The notes below the pieces were generated by a model. It was given only the letters and a program-made list of their open reading frames with translations, searched no databases and was not told the DNA's origin. Positions 43,878 to 53,847 of a stretch of 64,000 bases of DNA are shown here, one piece after another. Position numbers and translations under genes: made by a program. Within the stretch, counting starts at the first letter, position 1, and each line of letters starts with the position of its first letter. The stretch is from a virus (taxonomy: Duplodnaviria > Caudoviricetes), in IMG/VR virus record IMGVR_UViG_3300013105_000003, positions 1 through 64,000 of that record; one strand, given 5' to 3'.

Positions 43878-45478
43878 TGAGCGAACCCCTCCAAGTAAAT
43901 ACGAGGATGAAGCTAGCGGGAAAGATTAAGGGCCTACCTAATATAGAACTACCAACACTTGATGCATGGAATTATGGTCCTTGTGAGCACCATAGTATCT
44001 CTAAGCCAGACTGTGAATACCGAGCATGTGGTGGGGACTTGTTCTCTCACCAGAAGGTTGCTGTCTCTTGGCTATATCTAGTCAAGAATGGAATGGTAGC
44101 AGATGCTCCAGGAGTTGGCAAGTCTAACGAGGCTATGGCTCTACTAGCTTTACTTAAGCAAAAGGGTGAACTTAACAAGCGAGCTATTGTCATTACTAAT
44201 ACTCCAGTAGTGCCTCAGTGGCTTGCAGAGTTTCGTAGATTCGCACCTGGTCTAAAGGTTCAAGCTATCCTACCAAAGACTTCTAAAGCCAAGAGACTTG
44301 CACAGTACACTGACCCAGAGCCTTGGGACGTACTAGTAGTAGGGTTCCATTCAGCACTAAAGGATGCAGACCTCCTAGAGAAGATCGAGGCAGGCGTTCT
44401 TATTACTGATGATGTTGACGCTCTACTGACACACGCTGCTAAGGTTCATAAGCTGATTGTAAAGCTATCTAACATTGCTGAGCGTACTGTAGTGATGAAT
44501 GCTACAGTTTATAGAACCAATGCCTTAGAACTACATGCAGCCATGCAACCAATTGGTGGAACTTACTTATTTGGTCCAAAGCAATTCTTTGAAGATAGGT
44601 ATATCATCAAAGAGTGGGAGAGGGATGCTCAGACAGGTCTTAACAGGTCTAAAGTAGTAGGACTCAAGAACGGAGTTGAGTTACGCGAGAAGATTAGTCC
44701 TTGGATTATTCGTCGCAACTACTCTGATATTTCAGACATTCGTATGCCTTCAATTGCTCCTCCAACGGAGATTTGGCTAGATATGCATAAGGCACAGAGA
44801 GATAAGTATACTGAGCTGCAGCAGGGAATTCTACGCAGACGTAAAGCAGGAGAAGAAGAAGAGCTAAAGGAAGTAGCCGCAATTGCCGCCTATACTTACG
44901 GAGGTTCTATCTGTTCTGGACTTCCAGGTCTCGGAGAGCCTGATGGACCACAAGCATCATCAAAGCTTGATTGGTTTATGAAAACTATTCAAGATGAGTG
45001 GGCTGACGAGAAGGTAGTTGTATTTGTTAAGAACATTGGCCTAGTTCAAGCTCTTCACGCACGACTTGACAACGTTGGGGTCAAGTATGCTACAGTGTGG
45101 GGAAAAAACAAAGACTCACTTGAGCGAGCGAGGGAAGTTAGTAAGTTCTGGGAAGATCCAGAGTGTCGTGTTATTGTAGGTACCTCTGCTATGATTAGAT
45201 CAATTAACTTGCAGATCGCTAGAATTGCTTGCTTTATTGACACTCCAGGGCTAACTCCAGCTAACGTAACTCAGGCTCTTGGGCGAATTAGACGTGCAGG
45301 TAGCAAGCATGATAGAATCTTTCCGTTCATGCTACTCATTCAAGACTCACAAGAGTCCCGCTACTTGGAGGTACTACAGCATCGTGAAGCTATTAGCAAC
45401 TTCATTTGGGACGACGAGACTAACGCAGTCTTTGAGAAGCTGTCTGCTAAAGAACTCATGCACCTGATCGTGCCATGA
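43877..45478 (+). CDS. SNF2-family helicase/translocase
   Basis: ADAPGVGKS, WLAEF, SKLDW, KVVVF, INLQ, QALGRIRR; Walker B appears as TDDVD. Confidence 0.85.
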   Translation: MSEPLQVNTRMKLAGKIKGLPNIELPTLDAWNYGPCEHHSISKPDCEYRACGGDLFSHQKVAVSWLYLVKNGMVADAPGVGKSNEAMALLALLKQKGELNKRAIVITNTPVVPQWLAEFRRFAPGLKVQAILPKTSKAKRLAQYTDPEPWDVLVVGFHSALKDADLLEKIEAGVLITDDVDALLTHAAKVHKLIVKLSNIAERTVVMNATVYRTNALELHAAMQPIGGTYLFGPKQFFEDRYIIKEWERDAQTGLNRSKVVGLKNGVELREKISPWIIRRNYSDISDIRMPSIAPPTEIWLDMHKAQRDKYTELQQGILRRRKAGEEEELKEVAAIAAYTYGGSICSGLPGLGEPDGPQASSKLDWFMKTIQDEWADEKVVVFVKNIGLVQALHARLDNVGVKYATVWGKNKDSLERAREVSKFWEDPECRVIVGTSAMIRSINLQIARIACFIDTPGLTPANVTQALGRIRRAGSKHDRIFPFMLLIQDSQESRYLEVLQHREAISNFIWDDETNAVFEKLSAKELMHLIVP

Positions 45479-45978
45479 GTATTCTATTGCGAACTGTTCA
45501 TGGATCACATTTATACAACTTAAACCATGATAACTCAGACACAGATTACTATGAGGTTTACTCTGGAAAGGGTAGAGCCAAACAGACTATAGTAGGAGAT
45601 ATTGATACACTACGTATAAGCTATGACTCTTTCATGTTCCAGTGTCGTAAAGGTGTGCCTCAGGCACTAGAGGCTTTGTACTCACCTGTTAAAGAGATAG
45701 ATGAAATACCTTTTATCACAGATTCATTTAATCCTATAAGTACAGAAGTTTATAAGACTTATGTACGGACTATTAGGAATTTCTGGAAAGAGGGTAGCCT
45801 GAAGAGAAAACGTCATGCTGTCAGGCTTTGTATCAATCTATCATGTATAATGAGGTATGGAAGGTTTAACCCCTCTCTAACTCAGATAGAGAAAATATTC
45901 GTAGTAGCCTATGGAGACGTGGACGAAGAGGAATGTCCAGCTCTTAACATGTTAGGATTCCCACTTTATATATGGTAG
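45475..45978 (+). CDS. Pol-beta superfamily nucleotidyltransferase (RlaP/YcgL-like)
   Basis: GSHLYNL..NSDTDY motif and KGVPQALEAL. Confidence 0.75.
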   Translation: MSILLRTVHGSHLYNLNHDNSDTDYYEVYSGKGRAKQTIVGDIDTLRISYDSFMFQCRKGVPQALEALYSPVKEIDEIPFITDSFNPISTEVYKTYVRTIRNFWKEGSLKRKRHAVRLCINLSCIMRYGRFNPSLTQIEKIFVVAYGDVDEEECPALNMLGFPLYIW

Positions 45979-46748
45979 ATAAAAAGAAGCCAAAAGTATC
46001 TATTGCTCCTAACGAAGATGAGAGGTGGAGTTTAGCCAAGGCAGGTAATACTGAGGCGCAAAACTCACTTGTTATAGAGCATGAGCCACTAGTGTATCAA
46101 GTTGTAGGAACAATGATCTTCAAGTTCCCTGACCACATTGAGGCTGATGACTTACACTCTTACGGCATGTTAGGGCTGTGGAAGGCTGTGAAGACCTATG
46201 ACCCTTCCAAGGCATCCTTCCGCACCCATGCAGCTTTTAGGATTAGGAATGCGATCTATGATGAGTTGCGCATCCAGGACTGGGCACCTGTAACAGTTCG
46301 TCAGAAGGCCAAGGAACTAAATAAGCTAAGAGAAGAATTCGTTAAAACTAACCGAAGACCTCCTACAGACGAAGAGCTAGGGGAGCTAGTAGGTAAGGAC
46401 GAAGACTGGGTACGCACTTTCAAACAACAGCTTGAAGCAACAGAGCACCGCCCGATGGAAGAACTAGAGAACACGTATGGTAGTATAGAAGCAGTACCAG
46501 ATTTCTCTACCTCTAAGAATGTATCAGAGTCCGGTGCTATGGCTTTAATCCTGCAGCAGTCCTTTGTGAGTTGGTTAGATGAACTACCCAACTCTCTCAA
46601 GTGTTTGTGGATAGTGATATACTACTGTGGTAAGTCTAAAAAAGAAGCAATGGTTATACTAGGCTTACGAACATACGAAATATCAGAACAGAATAAAAGA
46701 CTCATCAATGAGTTCAGGAAATTTTACGAGCATTTACAGTTAAACTAA
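45972..46748 (+). CDS. RNA polymerase sigma factor, FliA/WhiG (sigma28) family
   Basis: DDLHSYGMLGLWKAVKTYDP, FRTHAAFRIRNAIYDELRIQDWAP..VR, RPPTDEEL. Confidence 0.9.
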   Translation: MVDKKKPKVSIAPNEDERWSLAKAGNTEAQNSLVIEHEPLVYQVVGTMIFKFPDHIEADDLHSYGMLGLWKAVKTYDPSKASFRTHAAFRIRNAIYDELRIQDWAPVTVRQKAKELNKLREEFVKTNRRPPTDEELGELVGKDEDWVRTFKQQLEATEHRPMEELENTYGSIEAVPDFSTSKNVSESGAMALILQQSFVSWLDELPNSLKCLWIVIYYCGKSKKEAMVILGLRTYEISEQNKRLINEFRKFYEHLQLN

Positions 46749-46761
46749 GAGAGGCTTTACA

Positions 46762-48183
46762 TTGGATTACTCTGCCGTTGTCTTAGCAGGAATCATACCA
46801 AATAGCCTTGAAAGTTTCATTCATGCTAGAAACAGACTTAGCCCTGAGAACTTCAAAGATGACCCTTACAATGGTTATTTGTGGAGACTACTAACCTCAG
46901 TAGTTGACAAGTACAACCAATTACCCTCTCCTGAGGTAGTGAGAGACTCTGTAGAGCAGAGTATGGATTCAGCTTCCGCTGCTCTTACCTTGCAGAAGTA
47001 TGTTGAGTACGCTAAGACTGCTGTATCCTCCGGTGATTTTAAGTACGCGGTAGACCAGCTACTTGATGAGGAGACTACTCGTAGGACTGGTGAGGCTCTA
47101 GCTATTGCCTATCAAATCTTTGATACTGGGTTTGAGAAAGATGGAGTATCTCACCAAGGGCATGAGGCTGTACGAGAGTTTCTTCTAACAGAAATCTCTT
47201 CTATTGATAAGACATATTCCTATGCTGATATGGATGAGGGTTCCATCTCAAGCAGCGTCAATGATATTCTCAAGGAATACCAGCACACTAAAGAGTCTGG
47301 TGACTTGTCGTATATCCCTAGTGGTATAAAGTGTATTGACGATGCTATTGGTGGTGTCTCCGTAGGAGACTTAGGTCTTATTGGAGCCTACACTTCAATG
47401 GGTAAGAGTCAGCTGTCAGTACATTGGGCCTACCAAGCTGCCATGCAAGGAAAGAATACTTATTACGCAACTACTGAGACAACACGCGGACAGATCATTA
47501 ACCGTATGCTGGCTAGGCACTCAAGGAACCCTAAGTTTGGTCTGCCAGACGGCTTGGACCATAAGAAAATTCGTCTAGGCCAGTTGAGCGAAGAGCAGGA
47601 AAAAGCTTTCTATATGGTCCTGAAGGATTTCAGAGACAACAAAGACTACGGGAAACTATTCATTGCTCAGCTAGCAGGTAACACTACAGTACAGTCACTA
47701 GAGCAGCAAATGATGAAAGAGCAAAGAGAATGGAACATTGACCTATGTGTAGTTGACTATCTCAACCTCCTGAAGCCTACTCGAAAGCGTAACAGTGCCG
47801 TAGAAGAAGGTAATGATAAGCTATCAGAGGCTAAGGTACTAGCTACTTCCTTCAACGGTCATGGAATTGCTATCATTAGTCCTTGGCAGATGAACCGAGA
47901 AGGTTATGACGAAGCTCTCATCTCTCAAGAGTTCCGTATTGATAGACTAGCTCAGACTTCAGAAGCTGAGAAGTCAGCTGACTGGATTATCTCACTTTAT
48001 CAGGACCAGGAACGTAAGAACGAAGTATATCTTAAACTACTAAAGACTCGTGACTCAGCTTTCGGACCAAAGGAGAAGGTATCTGTGGACTACCGTAATG
48101 CTTTCTTTAGCAGTGGTCAGGCTACTGGAATGAATCTAGGATTCTCTAAGGGTGGTTTTGACGGACTAGGGATTTCACTATGA
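46762..48183 (+). CDS. dnaB: replicative DNA helicase
   Basis: GAYTSMGKS, VVDYLNLL, QMNR, EKSAD, LKTRD. Confidence 0.88.
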   Translation: MDYSAVVLAGIIPNSLESFIHARNRLSPENFKDDPYNGYLWRLLTSVVDKYNQLPSPEVVRDSVEQSMDSASAALTLQKYVEYAKTAVSSGDFKYAVDQLLDEETTRRTGEALAIAYQIFDTGFEKDGVSHQGHEAVREFLLTEISSIDKTYSYADMDEGSISSSVNDILKEYQHTKESGDLSYIPSGIKCIDDAIGGVSVGDLGLIGAYTSMGKSQLSVHWAYQAAMQGKNTYYATTETTRGQIINRMLARHSRNPKFGLPDGLDHKKIRLGQLSEEQEKAFYMVLKDFRDNKDYGKLFIAQLAGNTTVQSLEQQMMKEQREWNIDLCVVDYLNLLKPTRKRNSAVEEGNDKLSEAKVLATSFNGHGIAIISPWQMNREGYDEALISQEFRIDRLAQTSEAEKSADWIISLYQDQERKNEVYLKLLKTRDSAFGPKEKVSVDYRNAFFSSGQATGMNLGFSKGGFDGLGISL

Positions 48184-48815
48184 GTGATAATCCTCTAGCA
48201 AAGTATCTTCCTAAAGAAGATGCCTCTAGAAGTAGTGCTCTGGACCTCATAGAGAGAGCTAATGCGCAGTTTTCATGTGTGGATATTCTCAATAGAGAGT
48301 ATGGCTATGAGATACCAAAGGGAGGCTCTGGATCGACAAAGCAACACTGCCTGTGGGGGTGGGAGCACAAAGACGGTGGTGTAGAGAAGTGTATGCGCTA
48401 CTACTGGGAAAGTGACACAGCTTACTGTTTCCGAGACCACGGAGTAATTGATGTGGTGTCTATTAGAGCTACCCAAAAAGGTCTGTCTAAGCTACGAACA
48501 GCCAAGCTGCTTCTCACAGAAGCAGGTATTTTTAATAATGATCCTTGGAATGTTAGAGTAGAGAAAGCACAGGAACATCTAAAGAATCCTACGAAGCATA
48601 CTATGGATATGAGACTTGCCGAGAGTATGTATACCTCCAGGTTGAAATCCATTGAGGGTTATGGTACTCTACAGTATAGGTCTGAGGTAGTGAATCTAAA
48701 GAACTCCATGATGGAGGAACTAGATCCTTCTTGGAACTCTGAGAAGTTACTAGAGTGGATAGAGAAGTCGAGAACTAAGATGGAAGTTGCAATAGAGTGG
48801 CTAAGAAAGACCTAG
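48180..48815 (+). CDS. primase-like Zn-binding domain protein
   Basis: follows helicase; C..H..YCF CHC2-like pattern; no TOPRIM motifs. Confidence 0.55.
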   Translation: MSDNPLAKYLPKEDASRSSALDLIERANAQFSCVDILNREYGYEIPKGGSGSTKQHCLWGWEHKDGGVEKCMRYYWESDTAYCFRDHGVIDVVSIRATQKGLSKLRTAKLLLTEAGIFNNDPWNVRVEKAQEHLKNPTKHTMDMRLAESMYTSRLKSIEGYGTLQYRSEVVNLKNSMMEELDPSWNSEKLLEWIEKSRTKMEVAIEWLRKT

Positions 48816-49018
48816 ATAATTTCTGTAATGGAAAGATAACACAGCCTCACCTCCCTAAGATCACCAAGGGTGGAAGATTCCTTGGTGATAACTCACTGTG
48901 TAGGTGGGTTGGGAAAGTTTATGTTTGCACTCATTACATCTCTTGTGGTGAGTGTGGACGTGTACTTAAGTATGAGTGGCAGATGAAGAAAGAAGATTGT
49001 CCAGACTTCCATGAGTGA
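48797..49018 (+). CDS. small Cys-rich hypothetical protein
   Basis: several Cys incl. CGEC; overlaps both neighbours. Confidence 0.5.
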   Translation: MAKKDLDNFCNGKITQPHLPKITKGGRFLGDNSLCRWVGKVYVCTHYISCGECGRVLKYEWQMKKEDCPDFHE

Positions 49019-49829
49019 TCTACTTGGTTACGAAGGCATCGACCGTTTGTATGAGTTTACAGATGGTCTAGCTCCTATTCTCCTACTAGGGCCTGCTGGC
49101 CTAGGTAAGAGTAGGTGGTGCCAGACTAGAGCAGAAGAGTTTGCTGGCAAGTCGATGACCAAAGTATTGACCTTTCCTAGAGTCGCAGACTTAGATGAAT
49201 ATGCTGAAATTTATGCTGGTCAGTTTAAGAACTCGTGGTCTCTAGACCTAACCCAGATTTTCTCAGGTAAGGCAACTAATCTTTTAGTAGTTCCAGCACT
49301 TGCTTCATTCCTAAGAAAAGCATCTAATCCATTTACGAGAGTTTTTCTACACTCTGATAATCCTGTTTCTCCTGAGATACGAAACCTTGTAACTGAAGTC
49401 AGTGTACCCTTGTTGTCTGATTCTGCCATGAGACAGCTCTGCAAAGAAAGAGGATTTGAGTATGATGAGACAGAGTTTGCTGTAGACTTTGCTCAGGGAA
49501 TACCTGGGGATATCTCCACTGCCTTCTCCGTGCTCAAGCGCCGAACGATGGTATTTGAGTTTCGTGAGTTGCTTATGGAAGACAAGATTGGTAAGATGGA
49601 AGACGAGATTAAGAAGTCTGTCAAGTCTTCTGATATCATGTACTTACATAATATTCTCAACTCCTTTGATACTGGGAAGTGGACTCTCTTTAAGGAACAC
49701 GAGGTAGCTTTTCTTAAGAGGGTACAGGAATTGATGCGGAACGTTCTGAGTTACACAAACTCTAACGCAGAGATTTCCTTTGTCACAGTATTTCATGCAG
49801 CTGCACACGCTTATCACGGAAGGGTATAA
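49011..49829 (+). CDS. clamp-loader delta-prime (HolB)-like AAA+ protein
   Basis: LLLGPAGLGKS P-loop, degenerate Walker B, FAQGIPG lid motif. Confidence 0.55.
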   Translation: MSDLLGYEGIDRLYEFTDGLAPILLLGPAGLGKSRWCQTRAEEFAGKSMTKVLTFPRVADLDEYAEIYAGQFKNSWSLDLTQIFSGKATNLLVVPALASFLRKASNPFTRVFLHSDNPVSPEIRNLVTEVSVPLLSDSAMRQLCKERGFEYDETEFAVDFAQGIPGDISTAFSVLKRRTMVFEFRELLMEDKIGKMEDEIKKSVKSSDIMYLHNILNSFDTGKWTLFKEHEVAFLKRVQELMRNVLSYTNSNAEISFVTVFHAAAHAYHGRV

Positions 49830-50794
49830 TGGCTAGAGTACATATGCACGACTTTAACAAGTTGCGTTATAGTGGTGCAAAGAATGCTCGTGCCATTGCT
49901 GTACTTGGTGACTTAGGTGTAGCACGCTGTGAGTCTGTAGAAGCCATTCTAAGAGGCTACAAAGAGAAGAACCTCCCCGTACACCACTCTTACGCTGAGA
50001 ACTCTGCACAGCTGTTCCTAGACCTCTCACAGCGTAACATGTATGGATCTGAGTCTGTGTATGTAGCAGAGAATGCAGCAGAGTGGCTGAGTGAAAGTGA
50101 TGTTCCCAAACTACACCGCCTACTGGCTAAGGTTGCTGGGCAGACTAACCTTATCGTCACTGGAAGTAAATTTACTAACCTTGAGGTTGCAGAGCAGTTC
50201 AAACGATCTATGTCTGCTACATATAATATAAACTTCTCCTCGACGGATGCTGGACAGAAACATGTCCAGACATTAGTAGAGCGAGAATTTGACCTCAGCG
50301 AAAAGCAAGCTATACTTCTGTCAGATAAGTTACAGTACAATGTGGATAGTATACTTCAGCTGTCAACTAAGGCCAAAGCCTTTGATAACTTAACATACCC
50401 AGAGCTAGACGATTTAGCAGAGGCTTCCAAAGACATTGCCTTTGCTGAGGCACTGATTAGGCTACGTCTGGCAGATGCTATGTCACTAACAGAGAATATG
50501 ACAAGGAACAATGCAGAAATGACCCTGCTAACTGTTCTACGACATTTCCGACACATTACCACAATCTATCCAGTTACTCGTCAAGTGAAGATGCCAGGAG
50601 TAGCACAGTCCAAACAGGTACGTCTTCCTTTGAAGACTATCCAAAGATGGTGGACTATTGCAGGCAGATATCCCCCGAGAGAACAAATTCGTCGTCACTT
50701 GCTTTTGGTCGAAACGTCTGATAGGATATACCGAGAGCCGAACCGCGCCAAGAATACTTTTGGTGCTTTTGAACGTCTAGTCTTATCATGGTAA
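49829..50794 (+). CDS. putative clamp-loader delta (HolA)-like protein
   Basis: size, adjacency to delta'-like gene, LSQRNMYG resembling HolA SLF segment, terminal FERLVL. Confidence 0.45.
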   Translation: MARVHMHDFNKLRYSGAKNARAIAVLGDLGVARCESVEAILRGYKEKNLPVHHSYAENSAQLFLDLSQRNMYGSESVYVAENAAEWLSESDVPKLHRLLAKVAGQTNLIVTGSKFTNLEVAEQFKRSMSATYNINFSSTDAGQKHVQTLVEREFDLSEKQAILLSDKLQYNVDSILQLSTKAKAFDNLTYPELDDLAEASKDIAFAEALIRLRLADAMSLTENMTRNNAEMTLLTVLRHFRHITTIYPVTRQVKMPGVAQSKQVRLPLKTIQRWWTIAGRYPPREQIRRHLLLVETSDRIYREPNRAKNTFGAFERLVLSW

Positions 50795-50803
50795 AGGAAA
50801 ACT

Positions 50804-51403
50804 ATGAAGGTATTAAACTTTTCACAAGAAGCTATCTTAGATAGTGAACTAAAGCCAATCAGTGGTTATAGAAACCATAAGAGCAATCTAGGTTTTGTGT
50901 ACCAGTGGTACCAGAATCCAGAGGCTGTCCCTCGTATTTCTGCTAAGGCACGAGAACTTATGTCAAGGAATTTCCTTGGAAAGTTCAAGAGCTTAAGAAC
51001 ATATCAAGTAGGATCTGGTTGGTACTGTACTGAGGTTGCAGCACCTCTGGGTAAGCCTAGTGGAGCTATATTCTATATGTCTATAGACGACAGCAACACT
51101 GCGGTAGTTGAAGCATACGTGCGTAACCTAAGAAACTCCAGTCCATTATCTGTGCTGACTTCTTTTGCTTTTAATATGACACCGCAGGTGAGTGTAGTAC
51201 CTAACGTTGATGGAACTACTCAAATCTATTCTATTCTTTCAGCAGAGCGCGGGATCTTTCTTGACATATCTAGTGAGATAACTCCTGATGGTATTATGGT
51301 AGACTGGAGGAACGGACTCTACAGTACACCTGAGGTATCTGCTCCTGAGAGCACTGTAATTGGACGAACCTCACTAACATTGGCAGGTTTTAGAGAAGAA
51401 TGA
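50804..51403 (+). CDS. hypothetical protein
   Basis: AAGGA SD; between clamp-loader-like genes and polymerase. Confidence 0.65.
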   Translation: MKVLNFSQEAILDSELKPISGYRNHKSNLGFVYQWYQNPEAVPRISAKARELMSRNFLGKFKSLRTYQVGSGWYCTEVAAPLGKPSGAIFYMSIDDSNTAVVEAYVRNLRNSSPLSVLTSFAFNMTPQVSVVPNVDGTTQIYSILSAERGIFLDISSEITPDGIMVDWRNGLYSTPEVSAPESTVIGRTSLTLAGFREE

Positions 51404-53628
51404 CAAAGCGAGACTTCCAAGGCATCTTTACTATCAGTGATCTTAACTCATTAGTTTCAGAGCTGACTCATGGTCCAGAAACTGTAGCTTTTGACGTGGA
51501 GACTTCCCACAGTTCTAAGGAGAGTGTCAAGAAGAGGGCGCTAGATACAACACACCCAGATTTCTTTGTTACTGGATTTAGTATAACTAACAATACCTCA
51601 TGGGCACGATATATCCCTCTTCGTCATGAAGAGGACCATCCATTTGATACCGTGGAGGTGTGGGAAAAGTTTCGACCTATCTTAGAGTATAAGAATATCG
51701 TTGCACACAATTATGCATTCGAGCGTGGTGCCCTGTCTTCTCTACAGCGTAGTGGTGATGCCCTGGCACCAATTCTTCCTCGTAAGACTGGTCACGACAC
51801 AATGCTACTGGCTAACTCGTTGGCAGCTTTTGCTAACGTAGGTCTGAAGGTTCTTACTCGTGAAGTACTTGGAGTGGAACAGACAGAATACTGGGAGCTA
51901 TTCGGTGACGTTGTTCTTAACAAGGATGGAAAGGTTTCCAAGGCAGCTGTAGAACGTCAGCGTTTTAGTCAATTAAAAGTCTCTCAGGCTGTTATTGATT
52001 ATGGTTGTGATGACTCTGCTCTCTGTCTAGAACTACTAGAAATTCTTCTTCCACAACTCATGCAGCAGCCAGAGCAGCTTCGTAGTTATGCAGTAGATTT
52101 GCGTTGTATGATTCTGCTAGCTGAGATGCATGAGCATGGTTTCGCTTTTGACTGGAAGTCTCTGGAAAGAGATAACCAGAATGGCAAGACTTTTATCCCT
52201 CTACTAGAGGAGCATGTGCGAGAAAATCTAGCAAAGCTCACTGTGGATCCTGAGGTAAAGGCTCTAGCTCGTTCTCTTAACTTCAACTCACCAAAGCAGA
52301 AGCAAGAACTTCTTTACAAAGGATTTGGTCTACGGACAGATCGTCTTACAAATACTGGATCTATGTCCACCGATGCTAAGACTCTCCAGATTCTTGCTAA
52401 GCAGCACCCTGAGGTTAAAGGGATGGTTCACGTTGTGGAAGCAAAGAAGATGATGAGTTCTTTTACTCAGAAATATCTTACTGACTACTCTGAGTCATGG
52501 GACCACAAGGTTCACCCTACGTACAGAATCGCTTCTGACGGTGTAGATCAGGCTGGAGGTACTATTAGTGGTCGTTTCAGCTCTAGTAATCCTAATATCC
52601 AGCAGGCTACCTCTAAGTGGCTTTGGTCACTAGTGCAGGACGACGAAGGAAAGCACACTAAGGACGGGGTTAACGGATTCCAGTACTGGGGAGGTAATTT
52701 CAAGAGGTACTTCTCAGCACGAGATAAGAAGTACGTACTCTATGGTGACTTTGCTAACCAAGAGATGAGAATGCTTGCAGGTATTGCTAACGAAAAGGTT
52801 CTACAAGAAGCTTTTGCTCGTGGGGAAGACCTGCATCGTAAGACAGCTGCACTCATGTATGGAATTCCTGCCTCAGTAGTTACTGATGAACAACGCACTA
52901 AAGCCAAGACAACTGGCTTTGCCAACCTCTATGGCTCGGGTGTTAAGGGTATTGCAGACTTGTTGGCTATTACCTTTGAGGAGGCAGAAGACCTAGTGAA
53001 TAGGTATAAGTCTCAGTTCTCAGCTGTAGCAAACTGGGATGCTGCCTCTCGTGTAATGGGAATTAAGAATGGATACGTAAGAACCTGGACAGGACGTAGA
53101 ATTCCTCTACTGAACGCCCATAGTTCAAATCCTCGATTGGTAGCTTCAGCAGAACGAGCAGCAGTCAACTATCAAATTCAGGGTGGTGCAGCTGACTACA
53201 CTAAGCTAGCTATGCTAAGATGTAAGAAGTTCCTTCAAGAAGCTGATCTATGGGGACCAGAGAAAGTAATGATGGTAGTGAATGTCCACGACTCTCTTGG
53301 GTTTGAGTGCGATAATTCCATCCATCCTGAGAAGGTTAAGGAAATTCTACAGAAAGCTATTGTATTTAGCCCGTCTGAAGAAGTTCCTTCTGCAGCAAAG
53401 TACAACTTCCCAGAGTTCGCTTTTGATTGGGAGCTAGGAAAGTGCTGGGGAGACGCTAAAGATGGTGGCGGTATGTATGACTGGAAGGAAGGACAGCAGG
53501 TAGTCTTTCACAAAGAGTCTAGTCAGTGGATGGTAGAAGGTGCTGAGCCTACTATCATTGATTTGCAGCCACCAAGCCGTGAGCCTGAAAAGGTATCTAT
53601 TACAGAATTGAAGTTTAATGAAGACTAA
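51400..53628 (+). CDS. polA: DNA polymerase family A with 3'-5' exonuclease
   Basis: ExoI FDVET, ExoIII YGCDD, SGRFSSSNPNIQ, motif A DFANQEMR, motif B KTTGFANLYG, motif C VHDS. Confidence 0.93.
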   Translation: MTKRDFQGIFTISDLNSLVSELTHGPETVAFDVETSHSSKESVKKRALDTTHPDFFVTGFSITNNTSWARYIPLRHEEDHPFDTVEVWEKFRPILEYKNIVAHNYAFERGALSSLQRSGDALAPILPRKTGHDTMLLANSLAAFANVGLKVLTREVLGVEQTEYWELFGDVVLNKDGKVSKAAVERQRFSQLKVSQAVIDYGCDDSALCLELLEILLPQLMQQPEQLRSYAVDLRCMILLAEMHEHGFAFDWKSLERDNQNGKTFIPLLEEHVRENLAKLTVDPEVKALARSLNFNSPKQKQELLYKGFGLRTDRLTNTGSMSTDAKTLQILAKQHPEVKGMVHVVEAKKMMSSFTQKYLTDYSESWDHKVHPTYRIASDGVDQAGGTISGRFSSSNPNIQQATSKWLWSLVQDDEGKHTKDGVNGFQYWGGNFKRYFSARDKKYVLYGDFANQEMRMLAGIANEKVLQEAFARGEDLHRKTAALMYGIPASVVTDEQRTKAKTTGFANLYGSGVKGIADLLAITFEEAEDLVNRYKSQFSAVANWDAASRVMGIKNGYVRTWTGRRIPLLNAHSSNPRLVASAERAAVNYQIQGGAADYTKLAMLRCKKFLQEADLWGPEKVMMVVNVHDSLGFECDNSIHPEKVKEILQKAIVFSPSEEVPSAAKYNFPEFAFDWELGKCWGDAKDGGGMYDWKEGQQVVFHKESSQWMVEGAEPTIIDLQPPSREPEKVSITELKFNED

Positions 53629-53839
53629 ATCCTCCTTTGAAGCACACACAGGACAGACAATCTCAGTAGAATTAGTTGAGTCCGATTTTCCAGAAGGCTC
53701 TCTTGATGGTCTTTCTCTTCCTGAGAAATTCAAGAAGATGAGTCAGATGGGTGACCTTCTGGTGATTAAGAGATTTAAAGACACAGGAGTCTGGCCTGCA
53801 GACTTTGCAGACCAAATGGCTACCAACGCAGTTAAGTAA
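53618..53839 (+). CDS. hypothetical protein
   Basis: 73-aa ORF overlapping the end of polA. Confidence 0.55.
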   Translation: MKTKSSFEAHTGQTISVELVESDFPEGSLDGLSLPEKFKKMSQMGDLLVIKRFKDTGVWPADFADQMATNAVK

Positions 53840-53847
53840 GGATTGAA

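Noticed and set aside
29663-53316. Near-matches to the late motif inside genes (ACGATAAA ~29663, TCGATAAG ~33153, CCGATAAC ~42192, GCGATAAT ~53309)
   Set aside because: Mismatched and mostly mid-gene with no downstream start; compatible with chance
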